This document shows positions 50,191-63,789 of a stretch of DNA of 64,000 nucleotides, piece after piece. This DNA is from Camelus ferus (lineage: Eukaryota). Within the stretch, counting starts at the first letter, position 1. Each line of letters opens with the position of its first letter. The notes under the pieces were generated by a model, which was not told where the DNA came from, did not search any database, and saw only the letters and a program-made list of their open reading frames with translations. The position numbers and the translations under genes are program-made. The stretch is from positions 1,552,001 to 1,616,000 of the forward strand of contig NC_045697.1 in the NCBI RefSeq assembly GCF_009834535.1. The letters are read 5' to 3'.

Positions 50191-50212
50191 CTGCTTAAGG
50201 AAGGGACAAAGA

Positions 50213-53200
50213 TCTTGTCAAGCTAGTGGAGGAGAAGGAACTTGAGCTCAACTCCTCTCACAAATACAATAAAACCACAACTGACTGCTGGACAACCATC
50301 ACTAAAAAAGATGGAACCTACCAAAAAAAACTCTTCTACAACTGGAGACATAAAGCGGGAACCAAAGCGGGTGGAAGGAGAGGTGCGCTCACGATATGAT
50401 CGGGTCCCACACCCCCTGGGTGGGCGACCGCAGCTGGGGAATAATGGCACTGTGGAGGTCCTCCCACGGCACCGAGAGCTCTCAGCTCCGTACCAGCTGC
50501 TCCAGCCCAGGGCTCCGGCAGGCCCCCCGAGCATCTGGCTTTGACGGCCAGCGGGGCTTACTTGCAGGAGCTCCACAGGACTGGAGGAGACAGAGTGTGC
50601 TCTGAAAGAGCACACAGCCTCACACGGACCAGGGTCAAGGGCCAAAGCAGTGATGCATAAGAGCCTGGGCCAGGCCTGGCTGCTGGTCTTGGAGGGTCCC
50701 CTGAGGAGGTGGGGGGCAGCTGATGCTCACCCTGGGGATGTAAAAGCTGGCGGTGGACGGATCAGGGAGTGTTCATTGGCTGACATCTTGCTTGGGTCAT
50801 TAGCACCAAGACCTGCCGCACCCAACAGCCTGTGGGCTTAAGTGCTGGGAAGCCTCAGGCCAAACAGCTAACCAGGCGGGAACACAGCCCCACCCGTCAG
50901 CAGACAGGCTGCCTAAAGACTTCCTGGGCCCACAGCCACCTCAAGGCACAGCCCTGGACACAGCCCTGCCCACCAAAGGACCAGGACCCAGCTCTGCCCA
51001 CCAGTGGGCAGGCACTGGCCCCTGCCACCAAGAAGCCTGCACAAGCCTCTAGTCCAGCCTCATCCACCAGGGGGCAGACACCAGAAGTAAGAAAACTGTG
51101 ACCCCACAGCCTGCAAAACCGAATCTGCAAATGCAGGGCAGACCCCTACCCTGGCATCAGCCGGCTTCCTGGCCCTCAGGTGACAAGAGGGCAGAGTGTA
51201 CTGCTGGGACGCATAGGACGTCCCCTACAGAGGGCCACTTCTCCAAGGTCAAGAAATGTACTTAACCCATCAGGTGATAAAAATACAAATAGAAATTTAG
51301 ACAAAGTGAGGTGGCAGAGGAGTATGTTCCAGACGAAAGAACAAGATGCCACCCCCGTAGAACTAAGTGACGTGGAGATGGGCAAATCCACCCAAGAAGG
51401 AGTTCAGAGTAATGATCACGAGGACGGTCCACGAACTCAGGGGAAGAATGGACGCACAGAGCAAGAAGTTAGAAGTTTTTAACAAGGAGTTAGAAAATAT
51501 AAAGAACCACCAAAGAGACCTGAAGACTGTCATACCTGAAATGAAAAAACACACTAGAAGGAATCAACAGTAGAATAAATGAGGCAGAAGAACAGATGAG
51601 TGAGCCGGAAGACAGAGCAGTGGAAGTCACCACCACAGAACAGAAAAAAGAAAAAGAATGAAAAGAAATGAGGACAGTTTAAGAGAACTCTAGGACAATA
51701 TCAAGTGCACTAATACTCACATTGTAGGGGTCCCAGAGGGAGGGGAGAGAGAGGAAAGGGCCTGAGAAAATATTTGAAGAGATAATAGCTGAAAACGTCC
51801 CTAACCTGGGAAAGGAAACAGCCAAGTCCAGGACGTGTAGAGAGTCTTACACAGGATTAATCCAAAGAGGAGCACACCAAGGCACATGGTAATCAGACTG
51901 ACAAAAAATTAAAAGATAAGGAGAAAATATTAAAATTAGCAAGAGAAAAGCAACAAATAACATACAAGGGAACTTCCATAAGGTTATCAGCTGATTTTTC
52001 AGCAGAAACTCTGCAGGCCAGAAGGGAGTGGCAAGATATATTTAAAATGATGAAAGGAAAAACCTACAACCAAGAATACTCTATCCAGCAAGGCTCTCGT
52101 TCAGATTCCAGGGAGAAATCAAAAGCTTTACAGACAAGCAAAAGCTCAAAGAATTCAGCACCACCAAACCAGCTTTACAACAAATGCTAAAGGAACTTCT
52201 CTAGGTGGAAAAGGCAAGACCACAACTAGAAACAAGAAAATTACTAAATGGAAAAGCTCAGCAGTAAAGGCAAACATACGGTAAACAAAGGAAATCATCC
52301 ACATACAAACTAATAGGGAAGTTAAAAGACAAAAAGAGTACAATCATCTGTATTTACAAGAAGCAGTTAAGGGATACACAAAACAACTCGATGTAAAATA
52401 TAATATCAAAGCCAGTCATTGTGAGGGGAGGAAAGTATGAACACACTATTTGTAATGCATTTAAAATGAAGAGATCAGCAACTTAAAACGAGCATGTATA
52501 TATACAGACTGCTACACAAATACCTCATGGTATCCACAAACCAAAACTCTATAGTAGATACACACAAAAAGGAAAGAGGGCTCCAGACATAACACTAAAG
52601 ACAGTCATCAAATCACAAGAGAACAAAAAAGGAAAGGAAAAAAAGACCTACAAAAACAAATGCAAAACAATTAACAAAATGTCATTAAGAACATATGTTG
52701 ATAATTACCTTAAATGTAAATGGATTAAACACTCCAACCAAAACAAAGAGACTGGCTGAATGGATACAAAAACAAGATCCATATATATGCTGTCTACAAG
52801 AGACCCACTTCAGATCTAGAGACACATACAGACTGAAAGTGAGGGGATAGAAAAAGGTATTCTGTGCAAACATAAACCAAAAGAAAGCTGAAGTAGCAAT
52901 ACTTGTATCATACAAAATAGACTTTAAAATAAACACTGTTACAAGAGATGAAGGACACTACATAATGATCAAGGAATCAATCCAAGAAGAAGATATAACA
53001 ATTGTAAATATATATGCACCTGACATAGGAGCACTTCAGTATATACGGCAGCTGTTAACAGACATAAAATGAGAAATTGACAGTAACACAGTAATACTGG
53101 GGGACCTTAATACCCCACTTACATCAATGGACAAATCATCCAGACAGAAAATTAATAAGAAAATACAGGCCCTAAATGACACACTAGACCAGATGGACTT

Positions 53201-56200
53201 AATATTTATAGAGCATTCTATCCTAAAGCAGCAGAATACATATTCTTCTCTAGGGCACAAGGAACATTCTCTAGATAGATCACATGTTGGGCCACAAAGC
53301 AAGCCTTGGTAAACTTAAGAAAACTGAAATCATATCAAGCATCTTTTCTGACCACAATGTTATGAGACTAGAAATCAACTAGCAAAAAAAACCTGCAAAA
53401 AAACACAAACATGTGGAGGCTAAACAATATGCTACTGAACAACCAATGGATCGCTGAAGAAATCAAAGAGGAAATCAAAGACATAGTGACAAACGAAAAT
53501 GAAAATCCAAAACCTATGGGATGCAGCAACAGCAGTTCGAAGAGGGGAGTTTATCGTGATGCAAGCTTATCTCAGGAAATAAGAAAAATCTCAAACAACC
53601 TAACCTTACACCTAAAGCAACTAAAGAAAGAACAAAACCCAAAGTTAATAGAACAGAAGAAACCATAAAGATCAGAACAGAAATAAATGAAATAGAGACT
53701 TAAATAAATAAATAAATGCATAGGAATGATGAATGAAACTAAAAGCTGGTTCTTTGAAACAATAAACAAAATTGATAAACCTTTAGCCAGAGTCATCAAG
53801 AAAAAGAGAGAAGACCCAAACCAATAAAACCATAAATGAAAAAAAAAAAAATTACAACTGCCACCACAGAAATACAAAGGACCATAAGAGACGATTATGA
53901 GCAACTATACCCAAGAAAATGGAAAACCTAGAAGAGATGGGCAAATTCTTAGAAAGATACGATCTCCCAAGACTAAACCAGGAAGAAATAGAAAATATGA
54001 ACAGACCAATTACCAGTACTGAAATTGAATCAGTAATTTAAAAACTCCTATCAAATGAATGACAGGATGAGATGGCACAGGCGAATTCTACCAAATATTT
54101 AGAGAAGAGTCAATAACACCTGTCCTTCTGAAACTATTCTAAAAATCTGCAGAGGAAGGAACACTTTCAAACTCATTCTATGAGGCCAGCATCACCCTGA
54201 TACCAAAACCAGACAAAGATATCACAAAAAAAGAAAATTATAGGCCAGTATCACTGATGAACATAGATGCAAAAATCCTCAACAAAATACTAGCAAACTG
54301 ACTCCAACAATATATTAAAAGAATCATATACTATAAGTGGGATTTATTCCCGGCATGCAAGGATTTTTCAATATCCGCAAATCAATCAATGTGATATACC
54401 ACATTAACAAATTGAAGAATAAAAACCATATGATCATCTCAATAGATGCAGAAAAAGCTTTTGATAATACTTAGCACCCATTTATAATAAAAAACTGTCC
54501 AGAAAATGGGCATAAAGGGAGCACACCTCATCATAATAAACGCCACATATGACAAACCCACAACGAACATCATACTCAACGGTGAAGAACTGAAAATATC
54601 TCCTCTAAGATCAGGAACAAGACAAGGATGCCTCTCTCACCACCTTTACTCAACATAGTCTTTGACGTCCTAGCCACTGCAATCAGAGAAGAAAAAGAAA
54701 GAAAAGGAATCCAAACCAGAAAAGAGGTAGTAAAACTGGCACTGTTTGCTGATGACATGAGAAATCCTACACAGAAAATCCTACAGATGCTACCAGAAAA
54801 CTACCAGAGCTCATCGATGCATTTGGTAAAGTTGCAGGATACAAAATTAATACACAGAAATCTGCTGCATTTCCATACACCAACAATGAAATATCAGAAA
54901 GAGAAATTAAGGAAGCAATCCTATTTACTACTGCATCAAAATGAATAAAATACCCAGGAATAAACCCACCTAAGGAGGCAAAAGATCTGTACTACAAAAA
55001 CTGTAAGATACTGATGAGAGAAACTGAAGACAACACAAATGGATGGAAAGATAATACCATGTTCCTGGATTAGAAGAATCAATATTGTTAAAATATCCAT
55101 ACTACCCAAGGCAATCTACAGATTCAGTGCAATCCCTATCAAACTACCAAGGGCATTTTTCACAGAACTGGAACAAAAAACTGTTAAATTTGTATAGAAA
55201 CACAAAAGACCCTGAATAGCCAAAACAATCTTGAGAAAGAAGAATGGAACCAGGGGAGTTAGGCTCCCTGACTTCAGACTATACTACAAAGCTACAGTAA
55301 TCAAACAGCATGGTACTAGCACCAAAACAGACGTATACATCAGTGGAACAGGACTGAGAGTCCAGAAATAAACCCACACACTTATGGTTAATTAATCTGT
55401 GACAAAGGAGGCAAGAATATATGTTGGAGAAAAGACAGTCTCTTCAAAAAGTGGTGCTGGGAAACTTGGACAGCTACATGTAAAAGAATAAAATTAGAAC
55501 ATTCTCTAACAGCATATACAAAAATAGATCAAAATGGATTAAAGAACTAAATGTAAAATTGGATACTATAAAACTCCTAAGGAAAACATAGGCAGAACAC
55601 TCTTTGAAATATATCTCAGCAATATTTTTTTTGGACGTGCCTTCTAAAATAATGGAAATAAAAACAAAAATAAACAAGTGGGACCTAATTAAACTTAAAA
55701 GCTTTTGCACAGCAAAGGAAACCATAAACAAAACAAAAAGAAACCTACGGAATAGGAGAAAATATTTGCAAACTATGTGACTGACAAGGGATTAATTTCC
55801 AAAATATATAAGCACCTCACACAGCTCAATATCAAAAAGACAAAAACCCAATCAAAAAATGGGCAGAAGATTTAAATAGACATTTCTCCAAAGAAGACAT
55901 GCAGATGGCCAACAGGCACATGAAAAGATGCTCGACATCATTATTCGAGAAATGCAAATCAAAACTGCAATGAGGTACCACCTCACACCAGTCAGAATGG
56001 CCACCATCAAAAAGTCTACAAATAATAAATGCTGGAGAGGGTGTGGAGAAAAAGGAACCCTCCTACACTGCTGGTGGGAATGTAAGTTGATGCAAACACT
56101 ATGGAGGACAGTATGGAGGTTTCTTTAAAAACTAAAAATAAAGTTACCCTATGATCCAGCAATCACACCCTTGGGCAAATATCCAGAGAAAACACTAATT

Positions 56201-56699
56201 CAAAAAGATACATGCACTCCAGTGTTCACAGCAGCACTATTTACAGTAGCCAAGACATGGAAGCCACCTAAATATCTATCGACAGATGACTGGATAAAGA
56301 AGTTGTGGTATATATACAATAGAGCACTACTCAGCCATAAAAAGGGATGAGAGAATGCCACTTGCAGCAACATGGATGGACCTAGAAATTATCATATTAA
56401 GTGAAGTAAGTCAAAGAAAGACAAATGTCATACGATATCACTTATATGTAGAATCTTTAAAAAAATTACACAAATGAACTTATTTACAAAAGAGAGGGTC
56501 TCACAGACATAGAAAACAAACCTAGGATTACCAGGGGAGAAAAGGGGGAGGGAGGGACAAATTGGGAGTTTGGGATTGGCAGATACAAACTACTGTGTAC
56601 AGAATAGACGAACAATAAAGCCCTACTGTATAGCAGGGAACTATATTCAATGGCTTGAATATAGTCCCTGTAATGAAAAAGAATAAAGAGAGCTAAAAA
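50213..56699 (+). mobile_element. Full-length (about 6.5 kb) decayed LINE-1 of cetartiodactyl type in TNIP2 intron 2, antisense to TNIP2. 5'UTR ~50213-51305, ORF1 remnant ~51306-52204, ORF2 remnant from 52679, A-rich tail ~56675-56699.
   Basis: Endonuclease and RT remnants are present ([47 protein letters not shown]) with many stops and frameshifts. Flanked by a 16-bp TSD (50197-50212 and 56700-56715, 15/16 identical). Confidence 0.95.
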
Positions 56700-58694
56700 A
56701 AGAAAGGGACAAAGACCAGACAGCGAGTCAGCAAACATGACTGTCACGTGCTGCAGCAAGAGAGGTGGAAGTCACAACTGGACATCGAGGTGGCAGACAG
56801 GCACTGCAACGTGGCAGATGGCAGCCGTTCATTCCACAGAGAAGTAAGATGGAGACGGGAAAGGACCTGCAGCTTCCTGAAAGTAAGAGGGAGGGGTCAT
56901 CGCCCTCGCCCTGGCCCAGCCCACACTACACTGGGGCCAGGCCACACAGTCTTCCCATCACCTGAGATCTTCCATCCTCAGAGGGGGCAGGCGGGCAGAA
57001 GCCTAATCCCATTATACACCAGAGAACATCCCAACACAGGGCCACAAAACCGCCAGGAGCAAGCCTGGCCGTGGACCCAGCTCACTCCCTCTGAACCCAC
57101 GACTCCATCAAGCTGCAGACCATCAGGGTCAAATTCAGCAATTCTGACCTGTGCCTCACACAGGGCCGGGGATTCAGCCTAGAAAGCCGCAAGCCAAACC
57201 AACCCTATCTGGTGGGCAGAACTAACCCAAGATCTTCTGAAAAGTCCATCTGAACCCTAGAAATTCAGTGCATTTAACAGTACAGTGGGCTGTACGTTGG
57301 TGACATTATTTTTGAGAATTCCCCTCTAATGACAAAGGAACTACACATCCTACCCAGCAGGCCCCGGGAAACCCCGGGTGACTCAGCCAGCCCAGGGCTG
57401 AGAAGTGACGCTGATTTGGAGACTACTAAGAGCCTCCGGCCCCAAGCCTGCCCAGGCCAGCCGTGACGTGTGACTGCTTTCAAATCTGCAGAGGGAAATG
57501 ACACAGTGACTCAAAATCGGACAAGAACACCGCCTCCTCCCAGAAAGCACTTTGGTTTCTGAAATATGCTATGTTCTTTCTGAGGTTCCCTTTTCGTGGA
57601 ATCCACCCAGCTGAGACAGGTGGTTCTCAGACCAAGGTTCTCCCCAGCGGGCTCCCCAGCAAAGCTGCTGCTAACGGGCTGGGTGGCCCATCCGCCCCCG
57701 ACGTCGCAGAGGACATTTCTGTGTCAACCCTGGCGCAGCCTCAGAGAACTGCCTGGAAAGGACCTGCAGGAGGGTAGCCTGGGAGGGGCGTGCACCACAT
57801 GCCTGTCTCCCTGTCTGTCCCACGGGCACAGGCTGGGGTCGGGTGGAAGAAGATAGGCAGGGAAGGTGGCCTCAGCCCAGTTGTTCTCGCCACCCTGACG
57901 CCCAGGAGCCCCTGGTTTCTCAGGAATGGGATTCCTGACGTTGAAACCCACACTGTCCCCTCCCCCACCAGCCCCCACACAAGCCACAGCCCAGATCCAA
58001 CCTGTGGTGGAGGCCCACCTGACACCTGGCCCCACTGTCCCCTGCCCCTGCGCAGCACCTGGCCAGGGGTCACAGATGCATGGAGGGGCTCTCTGTCCTC
58101 ATGTCACTGATGAGGATGACCAGGTCGCCCGACAGCGGCAGGCCGTGCTGCTGCGAGGACGTACCCAAGCGCCAGCTGCAGAGATGCCAGTGTCAGCCCC
58201 GTGGCAGAGCCCCAGCTACGCCAGCCCTGCTCTGCTCAGACACGTGGTGCCCCCGATGTCTGGTGCTCACAGATCTCAAGACGCTTGGGGCTCAGCCCCT
58301 GCCTGGGCAGCACCTGGAGGCACCACCCCGCGCCTCACTCTGTGGTCTCCCCACCTGCCCCCCCCCCAACACTCAGCACAGCCCCTCCTGCCCCAGTCTG
58401 CCTGCGTCGTCCTCAGCTGCGTCTTCCCACCTGGGCCCAGGATCAGCTACGGGTCTGGGTGCGGCAGCTGGTGACACAAGCCATCTGCTTTCCTGTCACC
58501 TCTGCACATTCCGCCATTCTAGAAGAAATCCCTGGGTGGGCAGGCTTTGCCCCAACAGCTGACCCTCACTATCAAGAACACAAGTGGGCTCTGGGTGCCC
58601 TGACCTCCGTGACAGCCCAGGGGTCCCAAGGTGCAAGGCAAGGCCTCCCGCCACACCCAGGTCTTCACTGCAGTTTGCTTCCACCACGGCCTAC

Positions 58695-58982
58695 CTCAGG
58701 GCTCCTCTCTCCCGCGTCCCCCTGTGCGCGCTGGCGTTCATCCAGACACTTGGCCAGATGCTGGCACATGTGGGCAGTAGCAGCCAGAGTTCTTCGCAGC
58801 TGATGGGTCTCATCCGCCAAGGAGCGGCACAGAATGTCGCTGGCGGCCCGGGCCCGTTCCTTCTCCTCCACGCTTCTCCTCAGCAGGGCTACTTCCCTCT
58901 CTCGCTCACACTCTGGCTGGTTCATCAGCTGCTGTGTCTCCCTCTCTTTTTCTTCTAGTTGCTCAGAAAGTCGCTCGATTTC
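58695..58982 (-). CDS. TNIP2: TNIP2 exon 2 ([15 protein letters not shown]...[15 protein letters not shown]...GERSPE), 288 nt
   Basis: Acceptor ttctgccTAG|, donor GAG|GTAGGC. The coiled-coil peptide matches TNIP2. Confidence 0.95.
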
Positions 58983-59243
58983 CTAGGCAGAATTTAAAAG
59001 CAGAGTTTATTTGATTAAAAAGAGCAATGTCAGAAATAAATGTTCATAAAGCAAAAGAAAGGCACCCATCAGCAGCTAACACACACGCTCACCTGGGGGC
59101 TGGCTTCTGATCTAATAATTAACCTCGGGGATTTCAGCCTATAATCTATCTGAAACACCGTCTAAAATTCTCTTTCCATGAGCAAATTCGTAATTTTAGA
59201 TTTTACATCATCAAATTACTAAGTGTGGCAATTCCAAACGCCC

Positions 59244-59702
59244 CGTAATAGGAGGGTAGAAACTCCACTCCCCAAATGTTATGCCCACGTCCTAACCCCT
59301 GGTACCTGGGAATGTGTTTTATTTAGAAATACAGTCTTTGAAGATACAATCAGTTAAAATGAAGTCCAACTGTATTAGAATGGACCCTAATCCAATGACT
59401 AGTGTCCTTATAAGAAGGAAATTTGGACACAGCACAGAGAAGGCCACGTGATGACAGAGGCAGGGACCAGAGTGACGTGTCCACAAGCCGAAGAACACCA
59501 AGGATGCCGGCGGCCACCAGAAGCTGAAAGAGGAAAAGAAGGGGCCCACCAGCACCACCCCGAGCCTCAGAGGGAGTGCAGCTCTGCTGACAACACCTTG
59601 ATTTCGGGTTTCTGGCCTCCAAAATGCTGAAGGATTAAATTCCTGCTGTTTTAGGCCACTCAGCTTAAGGCCCTTTGTTACAGAGGCTCTAGGAAACTGG
59701 TA
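59244..59702 (+). mobile_element. MLT1 (MLT1C/D-like) solo LTR in TNIP2 intron 1
   Basis: Segments cccacgtcctaacccctggtacctgggaatgtg, tagtgtccttataagaagg, ctgacaacaccttgatttcgggtttctggcctccaaaa and ctaggaaac. Confidence 0.82.
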
Positions 59703-62119
59703 TTCCTGACCCCAATTAATTTTTTTAAGAAGTCCTGGAAATTACAATTTCCTTTAAACCCAGCCTTAACTTTGTGCTTTCCCATTTTCAAAGAACTTTC
59801 CAGCATAAACAGTACATGAGGGAGGTAAAGCAGGATAAGCCAGTCCTCCCTACGAAGGAAGAAACAGCTTCAGCAAAGTCAGGACGAGCCTGAGCTCCCC
59901 AGGGAGGAGGCGGTTAAGAGAAGGGTCTGGGCTCCGCGCAAGGAGGGGTGACACCAGGAACCCAGAACCTTCATACCACAGTGGAACGAAATACGGGGCC
60001 AGATTACTAATGGAACCCTGAACATTATTCTCTTAACTGCTTTAAAACAAAAACAAAAATGTGTGCATGGTTACAAAAAATTCAAACAAACAGAAGGAAA
60101 TAAAATGGAAACTTAAATTCCTTTTTTCCCACCAGCCCCTTGGCCCCCAGCTTCACTCTCTAGAGGCAACTATTCACTATTTGGCCAAGCATCTTTCTGG
60201 AGCGTTTATAAGCTTCTTTAACACGTGTATTTTTATACAAATGGACCTACAACACCGTTCTTCACCTACTTCTTCCCTCCTTCGTAATAAACCTTATTCC
60301 ACAGCAGCACAGGACCTGCCTTACACTTTAACCACAGCCTGGAGCTTCCGACAGGCGGCCGCTTCCTCGTACTCATGCAAATAGGGCCATGGGACAAATG
60401 TCCAGAGGTCGCAGGGCTGGGATTGCTTTAAGACCGGGGTTAAGAAATAACTGGTGGAACTCGGGCACACAGCCAGACCTGGGTCCCACACCACATCCAC
60501 AAGGCAAGGGCTGCCCCCAGCTCCTCCACCCAAACAGCCGGTGCATCTGTGTAACCTCCTCCGCGGAGAAGCGCACGTGACCACACCGCTCCAGCCAGAT
60601 AACCCAGGGAACATGCTGGAAACCTTGCCCTCTCTCCGACAGGGAATTTTTGAGTCTTCCCCTTCCTGTTTTCCTTGGACTTCACTCCAGAAGTGAACAA
60701 AAAGACAGAAAAGAAGAAAACCTCCACTTAGGGTGCTCGGCTGGCTCTCTTGGTGAAGGCCTAGAAGGAGAGGCTGTTCTAGATCTGCATTCCACAGCAG
60801 GGACTCAAAAGAGGACAGAGCAGAGGCTTGGGAAGACGGTGAGGGGTCAGGCCCTGGCAAGTGCAGAATTAGCAGAACTGGTGACGGCGGGTGTGACAAA
60901 GTGTAAAAGGGAACAGCTCACTGGCAATGAGCCCAGAAACTGCGATTTTTGCCCAGAGGTGCCACATCACTCCTTCACATCTCACTGCCCTCTGACTTCA
61001 CAGGAGTCACAATCTCAGGGGTACCTGTCGCTCAGCCTGGTGAGACCCATTCTTGTACAGTCAACACCTTAGTTTTCCATCTCATGGCCCTGACGACCTC
61101 AGCCCTGAGTAGAGTCCATGCCTTTCTGGACTGAAAGAGAAATAGAGGCCTTTCTCTGAAAGCCGGCCAGTCGGCACCTCCTCCCAGCAGACGGCCCTTC
61201 AGCACCACGCTGAACCTGCAGGACTGGGAAGGGGGCGTTGGGGGCCACTACCCATGGCCTTCTGAGCCCGTCCACACAGCTGTGGGCTGCCAGCTGGTGC
61301 CAAGTCACTTGGTCTGGGTGAGTGCGATGGGGCATTTATTTACACAAGTGAGAACCAACTATGCCTTAATGTAAAACACTATAAACAGGAAAAAGAATGC
61401 TAAATCCCAATAGAAGCTCAGGTTCTCACTGCTGATCACTTCTGAACCTAAAAAAAAACCCAGGCCTGTTTCTTGGTCTTGGATTTGTTTGTTTTCTTTA
61501 AACTCTGACCAGTTTTGAAGGCATGATCAGCTGTTTCAGGCCCTGTCCCACATTCTTACTCTGTGGACAGTGCAGCTAGAGCCCCTCCCTCCACAGTGTC
61601 CCTGACGCCAGGCCAGCCACGGCCCACCCCGCACCTGGGTTGCTTCTCTCCACCAGCATCACAGCTCCAGTGCTGCCCTGTCACTCCTGGTGGGATGGAA
61701 GTGTCCGAGAGCATGGGCCTTTCTTGTCACATTCTCCCAAGCTAGACCTAGCTACCCTCCACAGCGTGGTATAAACACCAACGGCGCACCGAGAGTTCTG
61801 CAATGAGAGGGCACCTCGTTACACTCTAAAGTTACTCGAATGAAAAGCCGTGATTTCAGCAGCACAACAGAGAAATGTCTATCCTGTCCCCACCTGACGC
61901 TGAAATGCATTCAGCATAAATACATGCTATTCATACAAAACCGCTATCAGTATACACACAAACACAGATAATACAAGCACAGATAGAAAGTCTATAGACA
62001 ATACCAGTGAAGGCTAGTCTCCCATGGAACCATAAAGTTAACAAACTCCTAAGCCCCTGTGACACCCACGGTGACAGCAGCAACAGCAGGTGCTCTCTAG
62101 GCCCCTACTCTGCTCCAGC

Positions 62120-62235
62120 TGTGCAGCCTCCACGCCTCCTATGAGACAGCTTCCGTCATCTCCCATTCCACAGGCGGGCAAACTGAGGCTCATGGGGCCC
62201 AGGGAGCTTCTGGAGTGACCGGGCAAGGAGGCAGC
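62120..62235 (-). repeat. MIR fragment
   Basis: cccattccacaggcgggcaaactgaggctca. Confidence 0.55.
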
Positions 62236-63194
62236 AGTACCGGCCACTCCAGCCTCACTGCTCCCACCTACCACAGCTCCCTCACATCTTCTCTGAGGCT
62301 GGAGGACTTCAGGCAGCACCAGATTTCTAAGCATCTTTCCTTTCTGGTCAAATGGAGACAGTAAAATAAGCAACAGGGCAGCACCTCCCGGCTCAGGGAG
62401 CTCCCCAAGGACACGCTCTCTCTCGTCCCCACACCCCAGCCATGGGCACTAGCCCGGGCCCCGTGTGGATGCCCGATCAATGTCTGGGAATAAGACCGGG
62501 TAATACAATGAGCAGGGCCCTCTGCTCAAACTGTTTACCACACAGACGTGGAAAACTCCCAAACACAAGGCTGACTTGAGGGGTGAGCTTGGTTGAACCT
62601 GAAGGACTCACTGGCCTTATTTTTTGTCTTCAAAATCCTCTTTGAAACATCAGTTTAGAAATAACCTGGCTCTCATGGAGACTAGCCAGGTGACAACATA
62701 CACCTTCCTTGGGGCTGCTTTTTCCCTCGCTGCTGGGAACCTGCCAGAGCTGGAGAAACAGGTAAGACCACGGGGAGGTCACGCGCTGCACAGACGGGCG
62801 ACCCCCACAGAGGGCTGCCTGACCTGTCCTCCCCGCACAGTGCGAGAGGCCCCAGGCTCCCTCAGGCCCCCAGGCTCTAGACGCTTGCTGCTTGCTCTGA
62901 AGTGGGAGAGACGCATATGGCTCGTCTGACTAAGTGCCACTGTCCAATCAGTAACAGCTCTGAGGATACAGAACACAGGCACTGGTGCCACACAGCGAGG
63001 CCTGTCCCAGAATCCTGGCTTAAACACACCGCCGTGATGCACGAAGTCAGCAAATGGCTGATGTCCCCTGGGACAGCCCGTTGCTGGGACCTAGAAGTCC
63101 CATGGCTCCACTCTCGGACACAGAAGTGTCAGGAATTCTTGTAGCAGTCTGGTGGACTGGCCTTTAAAACAAGAGGCACAGCCTCTTGGCCCTC

Positions 63195-63560
63195 GTCCCT
63201 TTATTAATCTGCTTGGCCATGACAAAGTCCACAGACAGGGTAACCTGAAACAACAGAAGCTTATCCTCTCATAGTTCTGGAGGCCAGAGGTCCAAAATGC
63301 GGTATTAGTGGGCCATGTGCATTCCAGGGGCTTCCTTGTCTATCCAGCTTCTGGTGGTGGCCTCTGCTCCTCTGCCTGGGGATGCGTCCCTCCAGTCTCT
63401 GCCTCCATCTTCACTTGGCTGTCTTGTTAGGTCCACCCTAATCCAGTATGATCTCATTTTAACTTATTACACCTGCAATGACCCTACTTCCCAACAAGGT
63501 CACAGTCACAGTCTCCAGGTGGAGAGGAATTAGGAGGAGACACTGTCCAAGCCAGGACAG
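63195..63560 (-). mobile_element. MLT1 solo LTR
   Basis: Segments aaacaacagaagcttatcctctcatagttctggaggccag, ccaccctaatccagtatgatctcat and ttcccaacaaggtcacagtc. Confidence 0.75.
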
Positions 63561-63789
63561 TCCCATTTCTCTCTCTCTCCTGGGCAGCCCTCAGTGGGTG
63601 CCCACACGCAGGTTACAGCCCCACCCATGGCTATCCCTGTAACCAGCAGCTGATGGGACAGTGAGAGGACAGGAGCAAACGTGGATTTTACGAAAGGCCA
63701 ATTCACTGAGCCTTTACCACAAGCACCAAGCACTGTAAGAGTCCAGTAGGGGATCAGGCAAATAGGTAAGGACAAATCCAAACATGGCC

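Noticed and set aside
51306..56400. L1 ORF1/ORF2 as active genes
   Set aside because: The ORF1 start is GTG, ORF2 frameshifts soon after the ATG at 52679, and there are many stops. The element is dead.
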